From assembly GCA_965243135.1 (NCBI GenBank), contig OZ251539.1, positions 5,696,001-5,760,000 of the forward strand: a stretch of DNA of 64,000 nt. The letters are read 5' to 3'. The position numbers were made by a program, and so were the translations under genes. Positions 28,351 through 38,564 of the stretch are shown piece by piece (within the stretch, counting starts at the first letter, position 1; the number at the start of each line of letters is the position of its first letter). The notes under the pieces are model-generated. The model saw nothing but the letters and a program-made list of their open reading frames with translations. It was not told where the DNA came from and did no database searches. This DNA comes from Alphaproteobacteria bacterium (GTDB lineage: Bacteria; Pseudomonadota; Alphaproteobacteria; MPNO01; UBA830).

Positions 28351-29532
28351 TCAGTTGACCAGGACCATGGCGGAGGCGGTTCCCCAGTTGCGCCCGTAGG
28401 GGATCACGCCGATGCCGGTGACCAGAGCGTTTCGCGGGTTCGGCACTTGCCGCTTTCCGGCTTCGCCCGTCAGCTGCCGCACGGCTTCGGCGAGGTTGAG
28501 CCCGCCCCCCGCCAGCCCTGGCTGGCCGCAGCTGATCTGGCCGCCGCCGGTGTTGATCGGAAGTTCGCCCTTCGGGCCGAGGTCGGTGTCGCGCAGGAAC
28601 TGCGATCCTTGTCCCTTCCCGGCGAAGCCGATCTGCTCGCATTTGAGCATCACCGCGAACAGGAAGTCGTCGTATGGATGGAACATGTCGACGTCGCGCG
28701 GCTTCATCTTCGCCTTCTTCAGGGCTTCGGGGCCCGACACGGAGTGTCCGGTCGCCGTGATGTCGGGGGTCTGGTTGGCGCAGTCGAAGTTGGAAATCTC
28801 GGCGTAGGAGAGGGGGTAGACCCGGTTGCCGAACCCGAGGCGGCGCGCGCGGCTGGTCTTCATCATGACGAGGCCGTTGCCGCCGTCGCAGAACATCACC
28901 GAATCGAGCAGCCTGAGCGGCGACGAGACCTGCCGCGATTCGAGGTAGTCGTCGACGGTGATCTTGCTGCGCAGCTTTTCGTAGGCGTTGGGATTCAGGA
29001 CCGCGCCGTTCCGCTGCGCCACGGCGAGCGCGCCGAGGCCGCGGAAATCGAGGTCGTGCTCGTGGGCGTACCGGTTCATCAGCAGCCCGAACGCTCCGGG
29101 CGGCCCCTGGATGCCCACGGGATCCCAGAACTCGTTGCGGTAGCTGCCGTAATTGGCGCGCCACTGGGTCGAAGGGGCGTCCGCCGCGATCAACATGACC
29201 GTGTCGCAGAGGCCGGCCTGGAGCGCCATGGCGGCGCGGGCGACGTTGCCGATCGCCGACGCGCCGCCGAGGTCGCTGGTCTGGAGCCATCGGGCCGAGA
29301 CGCCGAGGTATTCCGTCGCGTAGTTCGACCAGAACGGGTTGGCGCATTCGCTGAGCGGCACGGTGAAGGCGACGCCGTCGATGTCCCCGGGTTCGAGCCG
29401 CGTTTTCTTGTAAAGCCGTTCCGCGACCTCGGCCGCGATCTCGTAGGCCGATCTGCCGCCGCGCCGTTCGACCTTGGTTTCGGCGTAGGCGACGATGCAG
29501 ACGTCCTTGTTCGCGAGGAAGTTGCCGGCCAT
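28351..29532 (-). CDS. Thiolase-like protein (SCP2/Ltp2-type)
   Basis: LGGASA, GAVLNPNAY, ITVDDYLESR..PLRLLD, PYDDF, LPINTGGGQIS, EAVRQL..RQVPN. Confidence 0.85.
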   Translation of the reverse strand: MAGNFLANKDVCIVAYAETKVERRGGRSAYEIAAEVAERLYKKTRLEPGDIDGVAFTVPLSECANPFWSNYATEYLGVSARWLQTSDLGGASAIGNVARAAMALQAGLCDTVMLIAADAPSTQWRANYGSYRNEFWDPVGIQGPPGAFGLLMNRYAHEHDLDFRGLGALAVAQRNGAVLNPNAYEKLRSKITVDDYLESRQVSSPLRLLDSVMFCDGGNGLVMMKTSRARRLGFGNRVYPLSYAEISNFDCANQTPDITATGHSVSGPEALKKAKMKPRDVDMFHPYDDFLFAVMLKCEQIGFAGKGQGSQFLRDTDLGPKGELPINTGGGQISCGQPGLAGGGLNLAEAVRQLTGEAGKRQVPNPRNALVTGIGVIPYGRNWGTASAMVLVN

Positions 29533-29535
29533 GTC

Positions 29536-30381
29536 CTATTGTCCCCTGAATTCCGGCTTGCGCCGCTCGGAGAAGGCCGCCAGGCCCTCGGTCCTGTCCT
29601 CCGACCAGGACAGCAGGTAGGCGAGGTCGGATTCCTGCTGGAAGCCGAGGTGCAGGGGCAGGTCGCGCCCCCGGTTGACGGCCTGTTTCGACATCATGGT
29701 GGCGAGCGGGCCCACCTTGTGCATTTCTTCGACGATCTCGCGCACCTTCGCGACCGCCTGTCCCTTCGGCACGACGTGGTTGACGATGCGGAGTTCGCGG
29801 GCTTCCGCGGCCGGGATTCGCCGGCCGGTCCATATCAGTTCCTTGGCGAGCGGCGCGCCGATCAGGCGCTGCAGGTTCTGGGTGCCGCCGGCGCCCGGAA
29901 TCAGGCCGTGCCGGCCTTCCGGGAGGCCGAAGCTCGCGTTCTCGCCGGCGACGATGAAGTCGCCCAGCATCGCCATCTCGAAGCCGCCGCCGAGGCAGTA
30001 GCCTTCGACGGCCGAGACCACCGGCTTGGTGTAGTTCATCAGGAAGCGGTAGAGGAGCCGGTTCCTGCGGTGGTTGTATCGCGCCCGGTAGTTGTCGTAG
30101 CGGTCCTCCGGCAGATCCCGGAATCCTCCGAGATCGGCGCCGGCGCAGAAGGCGCGTTCGTCGCCCGACAGCACGACGGCGATGATCTTCCGGTCGAGTT
30201 CGACGGCGTCCATCGCGTGCATGATGTCGTCCGCCATTTCCTCGTTGATCGCGTTCAGCCGGTCGGGCCGGTTCAACCGGATCTCGAGCGCGCCCTTGCG
30301 CTTGCGGGCCAGAATCGCGTCGTAGGACTTTCTGATCGCGCCGCCGCGGGGGCGGCGGAAGGATTCCAGCTTTCTCGCCAT
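29536..30381 (-). CDS. Enoyl-CoA hydratase/isomerase (crotonase family)
   Basis: [50 protein letters not shown]. Confidence 0.9.
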   Translation of the reverse strand: MARKLESFRRPRGGAIRKSYDAILARKRKGALEIRLNRPDRLNAINEEMADDIMHAMDAVELDRKIIAVVLSGDERAFCAGADLGGFRDLPEDRYDNYRARYNHRRNRLLYRFLMNYTKPVVSAVEGYCLGGGFEMAMLGDFIVAGENASFGLPEGRHGLIPGAGGTQNLQRLIGAPLAKELIWTGRRIPAAEARELRIVNHVVPKGQAVAKVREIVEEMHKVGPLATMMSKQAVNRGRDLPLHLGFQQESDLAYLLSWSEDRTEGLAAFSERRKPEFRGQ

Positions 30382-31100
30382 GTCGGCTCCCGCTGTCCCG
30401 TAACGGCGCGGAGCGTGCCTGTCGGCGACCGCGAAGTCAAGGATGAGCGTTCGCTACCCGGGGGACGAAAAAATTTCGTCCGGGGACCGGACGCGGGATC
30501 CTTCGCCCCTTTTGCCGCGACCGACGGACGAGGGGCTTTGCCGCCGGCAACGGCCCGGCGGGACGAGGCGCGCCAGGAAGCGGAAACGTCGCGCGGAGGC
30601 AGGCCGGCAGGCGACGTTCCGGAAAACGCAGCGGGCGCGCCGAGGCGGCGCGCAACGAGCCGCCTGAAGTCGGCCTCTTCGGCGAACGAGCGGGCCGCCC
30701 GCGGCGAAGCCGAGGGAGCGACTCGACGAACGCGGCAACGCCCGCGGCGCGCAAGTTTGACAAGTTCGAGAGCGAGCGCGCCCGAGGCGCGCCCGAGGCG
30801 CGCAGGAGAGCGGCGCGGAACGAGAAGCCCGGCGGGGGCGACAGCCCGGGTCGCCGTCGCGCGGACGCGCGCCGCGCTTGCCGGGTTCCCGGCCGCCGTC
30901 AACGGCAAGCCTTGCGCGAGAAACGGAGAAAAGGCCGCTCGTCGAGTTTCGCGCCGCGGCGTTGTCGCCGGCCCCCGTTCGACGCCGAAGCGGGAGGCGC
31001 GCCGGCGCCGCGGTCGGTCGCGAACGACGGCGCCGGCACTTGCGCCCCGCGCGACCGCGACAGTCGCTCGACTTCGAGGTTTCGCCGGCGGGGAAGGCCG

Positions 31101-31544
31101 TCAGGCGCCCCCCGCCCCGTCGTCCGTCGGCGTCGTCCGTTCGGCGACGGTTTCCGGCGCGGCGGTCTGGCGGATCAGCGCCTTGAGCGCCGTCATGCTC
31201 TCCTCGTGGCGGCGTTCGTCGGCTTCGCGCTGCTGCTGCAGGGCTTGCAGCATGGCCTCGTGGCGGCGCTCTTCGGCTTCGCGCTGCTGCTGCATGGCTT
31301 CGCTCTGCTGCTGCATGGCCGCGCTCTGCTGCTGCATGGCCGCGCGCTGCTGTTCCATCGCTTCCTCGTGGCGGCGCTCTTCGGCTTCGCGCTGCTGCTG
31401 CATGGCTGCGCTCTGCTGTTGCCCGCGTTCGTCGCTGGCGCGGACCATCGCGCGGATGCCATACCAGATGCCGACGGCCGCGACGACGGCCGCGAGCGCG
31501 TTGACGGAAGCGACGGCGAGATTGGCGATCACGACGGCACTCAT
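31101..31544 (-). CDS. Membrane-anchored Gln-rich tandem-repeat coiled-coil protein of unknown function
   Basis: Hydrophobic N-terminus, then QQQSAAM / QQQREAEERRHEEAM repeats; AGGA upstream of the ATG. Confidence 0.65.
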   Translation of the reverse strand: MSAVVIANLAVASVNALAAVVAAVGIWYGIRAMVRASDERGQQQSAAMQQQREAEERRHEEAMEQQRAAMQQQSAAMQQQSEAMQQQREAEERRHEAMLQALQQQREADERRHEESMTALKALIRQTAAPETVAERTTPTDDGAGGA

Positions 31545-31749
31545 GAGCGTCCTTTCTGGAGACGGTTTCGGAGACAATATCCGCGGCGCCGATGCGATCG
31601 TCAAGAGAGAGAAGGGAGAGACGTTTGCGCCAGGGCGAGAACGGGGCGGCGGCGTTCATTGCCCGTCCTCGGGGCGGCAGCAGGGGCGGCGCGCAGGACG
31701 ACCCGCAAGCGGCGAAACGCCTGAACTCCAGGCCGCGGTTCCGTCGAAC

Positions 31750-31890
31750 GGGAGCGTCGTCCGGTCGAGCGAGGCGGACCCGTCGAACCTCTTGGGTTCG
31801 GCCATGGGCGGAAAGCCTGAGGAAACATGCAACCAGCGTGGGCCCGCCTGGAGGCGGAACAGGCAGGTCGCCCCGCGACCGAACGCTTAC
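31750..31890 (+). mobile_element. Probable IS66 right-end remnant
   Basis: Ends in CCGAACGCTTAC (reverse complement GTAAGCGTTCGG); preceded by a ..PWAESL fragment resembling the IS66 C-terminal LLPW motif. Confidence 0.45.
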
Positions 31891-32254
31891 AGTCAAGGAG
31901 ACCCTTGCGCTGTTCATAACGTCCTGAAACAGCTTTCAGGGGCGCGAATTTTCTTTTCCTCAGGTACGGAAGACTGCGAACTTTCCGCGCTGAGACCGCC
32001 GTTTTCGCAGGTTCCGCTCCAAACACCGTTTCGCGACCGCATGTCCGCGTCACGGCTCGGTTCGTCCGAGTTCGCCGCGCGGCGCCGGAGCGACCGGGCA
32101 GTCCATTTTCGTTCCGCGGTTGCCCGCCTGCGCGACCCTTACGGGGTCGCCGGCCGGGCGGCGAGCCGACAAAAAAACCGCACAGCGCGAATGCCTCCGA
32201 GTCTTGATTTGCAAGCCCATAGAGCTTACGCTCCTGACAGAACGGGAGACAGCA

Positions 32255-32542
32255 GTGCGTCAAGCCAGAACCGAACGCGTGCAGATGCGCATTGACCCTG
32301 CGGCAAAGCGCAGGTTGGAGCGCGCTGCGGCGTTGTCGAACACGACAGTATCGGCCTTCGTTGCGAGCCATGCGCTTGAAGCCGCCGATCGCATGATTCG
32401 CGAATGTGAGCGGATCGTCATCAGCGATCGGGACTGGGACTTGTTCATCGATACTCTCGCCGACCCTCCCGAACCGAATGCCGCGCTGCGCAAAGCATGG
32501 GCGACGCATAGACGCATGGTCTCGAAGACCGCCAGCGTGTGA
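32255..32542 (+). CDS. DUF1778 (TacA-like) antitoxin
   Basis: RVQMRIDPAAKRRLERAAAL..VSAFV..ISDRDWDLFIDTLADPPEPNAAL; GGAG RBS, GTG start. Confidence 0.85.
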   Translation: MRQARTERVQMRIDPAAKRRLERAAALSNTTVSAFVASHALEAADRMIRECERIVISDRDWDLFIDTLADPPEPNAALRKAWATHRRMVSKTASV

Positions 32543-32970
32543 CCTTCGCTTTCGAGGCGCCGGCGCGGCGTCACGACCGGTCGCGATGCGGCTCCGAGCC
32601 TCTCGACAGATACCCGGCAAGCATCCCAGGATGTCCGGCGCAGGGTGGCGCGGGTGTTTGTCGCTATTCCAGGCAAAGCGGCAGGATACTCTCAGCGCGG
32701 CCAGCGCGGACCGCGCTGCCGTCAGAGGCGGCGCGCCGTCTGCCTCCGGTTCCTGTAGCGCGGACGGCTGGCGGTAGACCGGCGCCGAAGCGGTCAGGGC
32801 CCGGCTTTCCTCGCGGACGCCTTGCGCCGGGTGGTTCGCGCCAGCGAAGCGCTTGCGATCCACGCGGTCGTCGCGAAGGATGCGCACGCCCTTCTACGAA
32901 CGTTTTGAGTTTATGCGGTTGCCGGAGGCCGGAAAGCGCTTTCCCGTCGCTTCAACCGAACGGCCGATTG
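32539..32970 (+). pseudogene. GNAT acetyltransferase toxin (TacT-like), heavily degraded
   Basis: HDRSRCGSEPLDRY, LPSEAARRLPPVPV, FYERFEF fragments in different frames. Confidence 0.7.
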
Positions 32971-33310
32971 ATCCTGTGCAGGTCTTCAGGGACGAACCCG
33001 GCGTCGGCCCGCATCAGTTCGCAAGCCCGCGCTTCCTGAACAACATGGACCGCGTCCCTCTCAACGCCGGGCGCGATATCGTCACCCGCATGGTTGTCGC
33101 CCTTGGGCGCGCGCCGTTCGAAGACGCCAGCTCTTCAAGTTCATCGACGCCTCCAACGATCATCCACATGGCGCGGACCGGGCGAGCGGATGACGAAAAG
33201 ACGGCGCGACGCGAACGCCTTTCGAAGCGTCGGCCGGCGGAGCGGCCCGGTGGACGGTTCGCCGCCGCTGCGATAGGTTGCGCCGCGTCGGTTCTGGCGG
33301 AGGGAGAAGC

Positions 33311-34825
33311 ATGGACACGTATCGACTCTATATCGGCGGCAGGTTCGTGGACGCTGAAGGCGGCGCGACGAAGCCGACCGTCAACCCGTACGACGGTTCG
33401 GAAATCGCAGCGGTGCCCGTTGCGAGCGCCGCGGACGCCCGCGCCGCGGTTGCGGCGGCCCGCCGGGCGTTCGACGAGGGGCCCTGGCCGCGGATGTCGG
33501 GCGAGGAGCGCAGCGCGATCATTTGTTCGCTGGCGGCCAGGATGAAGGAGCGGCAGAAGGATCTGGCGCGAATCGAGTCGCTGGATTCCGGAGGCACGAT
33601 CGCCAAGACCGGCGCCGACGCCTATCTCGCCCAGCGGCAGATGAACTATTTCGGGGAGATGGCGAAGAACTACAACGCCGAGCCGGAAGAGATCGCGGGC
33701 ATGTCGCGCCCCGGCCGGTCGTACAATTTCACCATCCGCGAGCCGATCGGCGTCTGCGCGTCGATCATCCCCTGGAACTTCCCGTTGATGATGGCGGTCT
33801 GGAAGCTCGGGCCGGCGCTCGCGACCGGCAACGCGATCGTGCTCAAGCCGGCGACGGACACGCCGCTTTCCGCCCTGGAGCTCGCGCGTCTCGTGGACGA
33901 ATGCGGCTTTCCGGAAGGCGTGGTCAACATCGTCACGGGTCCCGGCGGGCGGATCGGCGAGACGCTGACGACCAGCGCCGACGTCGACAAGGTCGCCTTC
34001 ACCGGCTCCACCGAGGTGGGGCGCGACATCATGTCCAGAGCGGCGGGAACGTTGAAGAAGGTGACGCTCGAGTGCGGCGGAAAGTCGGCCAACATCGTCT
34101 GCCACGACGCCAACTGGGACATCGCGGTCGACGGGTCGATCTTCGCCTCGTTCTATCATCAGGGACAGGTCTGCGAATCCGGCACGCGGCTGCTGCTGCC
34201 GGCGAGCCAGCACGATTCGTTCGTGGAAAAGATGGTCGCGAAGCTGGAGGCGCTGCCGATGGGCGATCCGCTCGATCCGGCGACGAAGGTCGGTCCGGTC
34301 GTTTCCGAGAAGCACATGCAGACGGTTCTCGACTACATCGAGAAGGGAAAGGCGGAGGGAGCGACGCTCGCCTGCGGCGGCGAACGCGCGAAGGACGGCG
34401 ATCTGGCGCGGGGCTGCTTCGTCAAGCCGACCGTCTTCACGGACGTGACCAACGACATGGCGATCGCGCGCGAGGAAATCTTCGGTCCGGTGCTCTGCGT
34501 CATGAAGTACGAGAGCGAGGACGAGGCGGTGTCGATCGCCAACGATTCAATCTACGGTCTCGGCGGCGGCGTCTGGTCGGAGGATCTGGACCGCGCGCGG
34601 TCGCTGGCGGCCCGATTGCGGACCGGCACTGTGTGGATCAACGACTGGCACCTGTTGTCCGAACGGATGCCGTTCGGCGGGTACAAGCAGTCGGGCATCG
34701 GACGCGAGTTCGGCGAGGAGGGCTTGAACGAATACACCGAAGTCAAGGCGCTGCACGTGGACGACGCCAAGACGCGGGAGAACAAGCCTTGGTACGACAT
34801 GTTGGTGCCGCGCGACGCGGCGTGA
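33311..34825 (+). CDS. Aldehyde dehydrogenase
   Basis: PWNFP, FTGSTEVG, LECGGKS, GQVCESG, EEIFGPV, PFGGYKQSG. Confidence 0.95.
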   Translation: MDTYRLYIGGRFVDAEGGATKPTVNPYDGSEIAAVPVASAADARAAVAAARRAFDEGPWPRMSGEERSAIICSLAARMKERQKDLARIESLDSGGTIAKTGADAYLAQRQMNYFGEMAKNYNAEPEEIAGMSRPGRSYNFTIREPIGVCASIIPWNFPLMMAVWKLGPALATGNAIVLKPATDTPLSALELARLVDECGFPEGVVNIVTGPGGRIGETLTTSADVDKVAFTGSTEVGRDIMSRAAGTLKKVTLECGGKSANIVCHDANWDIAVDGSIFASFYHQGQVCESGTRLLLPASQHDSFVEKMVAKLEALPMGDPLDPATKVGPVVSEKHMQTVLDYIEKGKAEGATLACGGERAKDGDLARGCFVKPTVFTDVTNDMAIAREEIFGPVLCVMKYESEDEAVSIANDSIYGLGGGVWSEDLDRARSLAARLRTGTVWINDWHLLSERMPFGGYKQSGIGREFGEEGLNEYTEVKALHVDDAKTRENKPWYDMLVPRDAA

Positions 34826-35037
34826 ACGCCGCTTCGTCGAACTGGCCGCACGGTCGCAGCAGGCTCACGAAGCGCGCGTCTGCGGGCGGGGGAAACCGTT
34901 AACCCCGGGGCGGAGAGCCGGATGATCCGGTCGCGCGTCGGCAACGGAATGCGGTGCAAGACGTTCGTCGCTGTGATGATTTCGTTCGCCGGATTGCGCG
35001 GGAAGCCCGAGCGCGTGGACGTGAGGTCGATAGGCCT

Positions 35038-35735
35038 TATACCAGACCTGTTATAAATGACCTGTTTTGTGGGGGTTACAGTAGCCCAAGCCCGGTTCAC
35101 TATAGAAGCGATTTCAGCCGGAGAATCGCATAGCCAACCTTTCCGCGTCGCGAACCTCCGAGACATCCTTGAACACGCGATTCGCGAAGCGATTTGTTGT
35201 GTAACTTACCCCAAGCTGCCGGCCACACGAAACCGTTCCGCGAATCGAAGATTTTTTCGCGGTGGTGATTGCCGTTCGAGAACTCGGGAGTGTGACGCTG
35301 AGGGCTGCCCGTAACGCCCTGTCTTCGCGCCGCGACGCCCGAACGCGGAACGGGTATGTCGGCAAGCGGCGCGAAGCCGGGTGAACCATGCCCAAAGTTA
35401 CATGCTACGGGGTGAGTAGGTGCCGATCATGAGCGTTTGTTTCAGGTACGACATTCTCCATTGGATCCAGATCTGGACTGTAGGGTGGTAGAAGCAGGAG
35501 AGTTATGTTTTCGGGAAGCTCTTTACTTTTATGCCAGCCGGCACCGACGAGAGCCAGAACGCACTGGCTTCCCAGTTGTACGGAAGCACTGATGAAGGCG
35601 AGGTGTTCGTTCATGGATTCCGTGTTGGCGCGGCGTGGCCGACCGTAAGCTTTCTTTCTGCGCACGCAGCCCCGAAAAGATAGACGTAGCCGTAGTGGTG
35701 GCCGCGGCGGTCGTTCGTGCGTGCTCACAGCCACG
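35038..35735 (-). mobile_element. IS630-family transposase remnant, interrupted
   Basis: ANTESMNEHL..GAGWHKSK..LPPYSPDLDPMENV; NRFANRVFKD..PAEIASIVNRAWA; TATACCA-type end. Confidence 0.7.
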
Positions 35736-35872
35736 ACAACATCCCCGCCAATTCTGCCTCGTCCTGGAACCCGTCCGCCCGGCCTTGGACCCTACGGCAT
35801 CTTTTATCACCCACTACCAACTCCGATGTGCTGATGGGCAGGCATGGGATAATTGGGACAGAATGAGTCAGA

Positions 35873-37324
35873 TTAAACCTGTATCGAATCGAGAATACTT
35901 GTCACATCTTGTGGTTGAAGTGCCCATCGGTATGCAGGATGAACTTCCCAATCGTATCCAAAATCTATAACTTCACTTGCCAAAAATCTATTTTGATCAA
36001 AATATCTTCTATCGATTCCGGATGATGTATCCTTTCTTGCAGTGATAAAGTCTATCTTATAAAGAAATTGTATCAGAGACTTTGGTGTGACGGGTCTTCC
36101 ATTTTTATAGTGAAGAGCCGAATGATCTATGATCTCTTTCATTTTTAGAACAAGCCTATCCGTAGCATATAGAAAACTACTGGAAGTTCTCCTTTCTCTC
36201 TTTGTTTGCCGCATACCTAACAACAACTTCTCAATCTGTGGAAGCTCACTCGAAAACTCATTTATTGTATCTTGAAGCCTTTCCAGTGAATACGGCTCAA
36301 ATACTGCCTCCAAATTCCCTGTGCTGATTATCTGACTATCATGCATATACGCGTTTCGAGCCGCACTGTGCATAAGTTTGATCAAATCTCTTGGCCTCCG
36401 TCTCGTCAGAGAGAGTAAGACGTTATGTATAGGGCGGTTACTCCAGTGGCCTCTTCCTCCGAAATTCGGATCCATAATTTTCGATAGTATATTCTTGGAT
36501 ATATCGGTCTGATTCATTCTCAATATAGCTTCTTGATCACATTCTCCGTCGAAGAAAGTTAAAACTCTTTTTGCAATTACAGAAAGTATTTCGTGATTGG
36601 TCCAAGAGAGCCAGATCACATGACGTTCTATTTTATCAGTCGACTCGTCAGAAGTCCGGACAAGATAATAAACATCTGTTCTCAGGCCAATACGAAATTT
36701 GATCCGACTGTCCGATCCAGAGAGGTCGCGAATGGCGTTTAGTAATGCAGAAATATTTCTTATACTACTTTCTGACGCATCCCATCCTCGGTCTATATCG
36801 TCTATATAAACGTTTATAGAACGATCTTGTAGAAATCTTTCAACAACTCTTCTTTTCAAATCATCCATGATAGATGGGCGTATATTTTCCAATGCTATTT
36901 TGATAGATTCAATCACATACCCCATGCTTTTCTTTGCAATTTGAGCATTCTGATTACTATCACCGCTATTAGTTATTCGAGAAATCGCTTTATGTATTAT
37001 CGCTGAAACTAAACCAAGTTTCCAATTTTCAATGAGTTGATTGAATTCCGACTTGTCTGCATTCCCAACATGAGCAATGAGGTCATTGGGTCTAATCCAA
37101 ACCGATAGCCTTAAATTTTCTTCATCGTCGATATATGCGCGACGTAATAAGGCACTCTTGCCTATTCCCTTGTGACCGACTAATATCCGTATCGGAATAT
37201 CAACGATGAGATTTTCATAAGTCCGGTTGGAGAAAAAATATTCTTTAAATCTCTCCAAGTTTTCGTTCTCAGCGTCTTCAGCTCCAAACAGACGTTCGTT
37301 TGTCGCGTCATCGAATTTAAACAT
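35873..37324 (-). CDS. AT-rich P-loop ATPase (resembles FunZ/Sll1717-type NTPases)
   Basis: FGAEDAENE, Walker A GHKGIGKS, Walker B YIDDIDRGW, LRTD, RPRDLI, EVHPAYRWAL; AAGGAG RBS; visibly more AT-rich than the flanks. Confidence 0.75.
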   Translation of the reverse strand: MFKFDDATNERLFGAEDAENENLERFKEYFFSNRTYENLIVDIPIRILVGHKGIGKSALLRRAYIDDEENLRLSVWIRPNDLIAHVGNADKSEFNQLIENWKLGLVSAIIHKAISRITNSGDSNQNAQIAKKSMGYVIESIKIALENIRPSIMDDLKRRVVERFLQDRSINVYIDDIDRGWDASESSIRNISALLNAIRDLSGSDSRIKFRIGLRTDVYYLVRTSDESTDKIERHVIWLSWTNHEILSVIAKRVLTFFDGECDQEAILRMNQTDISKNILSKIMDPNFGGRGHWSNRPIHNVLLSLTRRRPRDLIKLMHSAARNAYMHDSQIISTGNLEAVFEPYSLERLQDTINEFSSELPQIEKLLLGMRQTKRERRTSSSFLYATDRLVLKMKEIIDHSALHYKNGRPVTPKSLIQFLYKIDFITARKDTSSGIDRRYFDQNRFLASEVIDFGYDWEVHPAYRWALQPQDVTSILDSIQV

Positions 37325-38258
37325 ATCTAACTCTCCTTTACAAACCTATTCCGGCAAGCATGTCTCATAGCCATATGGACCCCCTTCTTGTCTACCCGGT
37401 TTCGTCGAGGGCTTCAACAATCAGGGTTGCCCCCTCCCGGACTACGATCTCAGCTTCCTCACTGCGCCGTTACCCTGTTCAGCGTAGCGAAGCGCGCAGC
37501 TTGTCGGAAACCGCTGCAAAGATCGGGCCACGCTCCCTGACCTTGAGTAGCACCCCGCGCACAGCTTCATGAGGGCAAGCATACATCGATACGAAAGTCG
37601 ACACACACTCTTTCTTCACCGCTCCACCTCTCCCACGTTCGGTGACCTTGCCACAAACTCGGAGGCCGATCATGGCTTGCCTATGCAATCTTTTCAGACA
37701 TCAGCCAACTCGAAGCGCTGTTGGGGGTGTGGAAAAGCACGGCTTCGGCCGCGTCGGTAGGCGGCCGCATACGGCCCGTTCCGTGACAGTTCGCGCACCC
37801 GAACCGATGCGGGTTCTGGTTCAGCACCGGCGACGCTCGTTTCCCTTCCTCCCGGTAATAAAGCAGGTAGCCTCGGCGTCACCTGTCGATGTCGCTGCCT
37901 TCCAAGTAGAAGCTTCAAGATAGCGCTCCGCGCTTCGAGTCTTCCCGCACGATCGCCACGGTGCCGACGCCCTCTGCCCGAAGCGGCGGCGAGATACCGC
38001 CATGGCCGCACTTTCAACCCGAAACCGCGCATGACCTCGAAGCGGCAGGGCTGGAGCGCCGACCTCTGCCGCGCCTTGTGGATTCTGGACGGGGCCGCCA
38101 TCCTGACAGCGCTTCGGTTCCTGCCGACTATGCGCCCGGAGCACGGCTTTTCCCAAGGGAAACGGGGCGTTGCGGCGGGAGCGTCGGTTCGTGCGGGCCG
38201 CACCAGAGACATGGTGGACTTCCCCCGTTGTTCAAACCATCGGGCAGGTAACGGAACG

Positions 38259-38558
38259 ATGAAACAACGGATTCTGGAACGGGCGCGGAGCGCCGTGGAA
38301 GCCTTCCTGCACCAGCAGTGTGCAGATGCCACGCTCAGCATGCTGTCGGTGAATTCGGAAGTGGACGGCTACGGCGACGAGTTTCTCTTGATACACCTCG
38401 CTTAGGATGACGGCAGCAACACCAAGGGCCTCCCCGACCCCTTGGCGCGGATAAAGCTGATAGGTCGCTTGCGGACCGAACTCCAAGGCCAGGACATCGA
38501 GGCGTTCCCCGTCGTCTCGTTCACCGCCGAATCGGAGGTCGGGGAAGAGCCGGAGTAG
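38259..38558 (+). pseudogene. Small putative antitoxin (MNT-like position upstream of a HEPN-like gene) with internal TAG
   Basis: MKQRIL..DGYGDEFLLIHLA*DDG..LRTELQGQDIEAFPVVSFTAESE reads in one frame across TAG 38403-38405. Confidence 0.5.
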
Positions 38559-38564
38559 CGCGTC

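Noticed and set aside
31200-31420. Repeats considered as a CRISPR array
   Set aside because: Tandem codon-phase repeats without unique spacers; no cas genes in the window.
31770-31920. Multi-hairpin stretch considered as a structured ncRNA or IS110 bridge RNA
   Set aside because: Better explained as an IS66 right-end remnant (CCGAACGCTTAC terminus shared with 7094); no IS110 recombinase nearby.
20078-32295. Very long plus-strand ORFs (20078-23371, 24007-26490, 28447-32295)
   Set aside because: Antisense shadows of real minus-strand genes, expected at high GC; no motifs.
37330-38250. Possible ncRNA, group II intron fragment or gene remnants upstream of the AT-rich ATPase
   Set aside because: No convincing domain V/VI or protein motif recognisable by eye; needs an Rfam/BLASTX search.
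38403-38405. In-frame TAG as pyrrolysine or programmed readthrough
   Set aside because: The neighbouring gene is also decayed and there is no pyl context; simple nonsense mutation is more likely.
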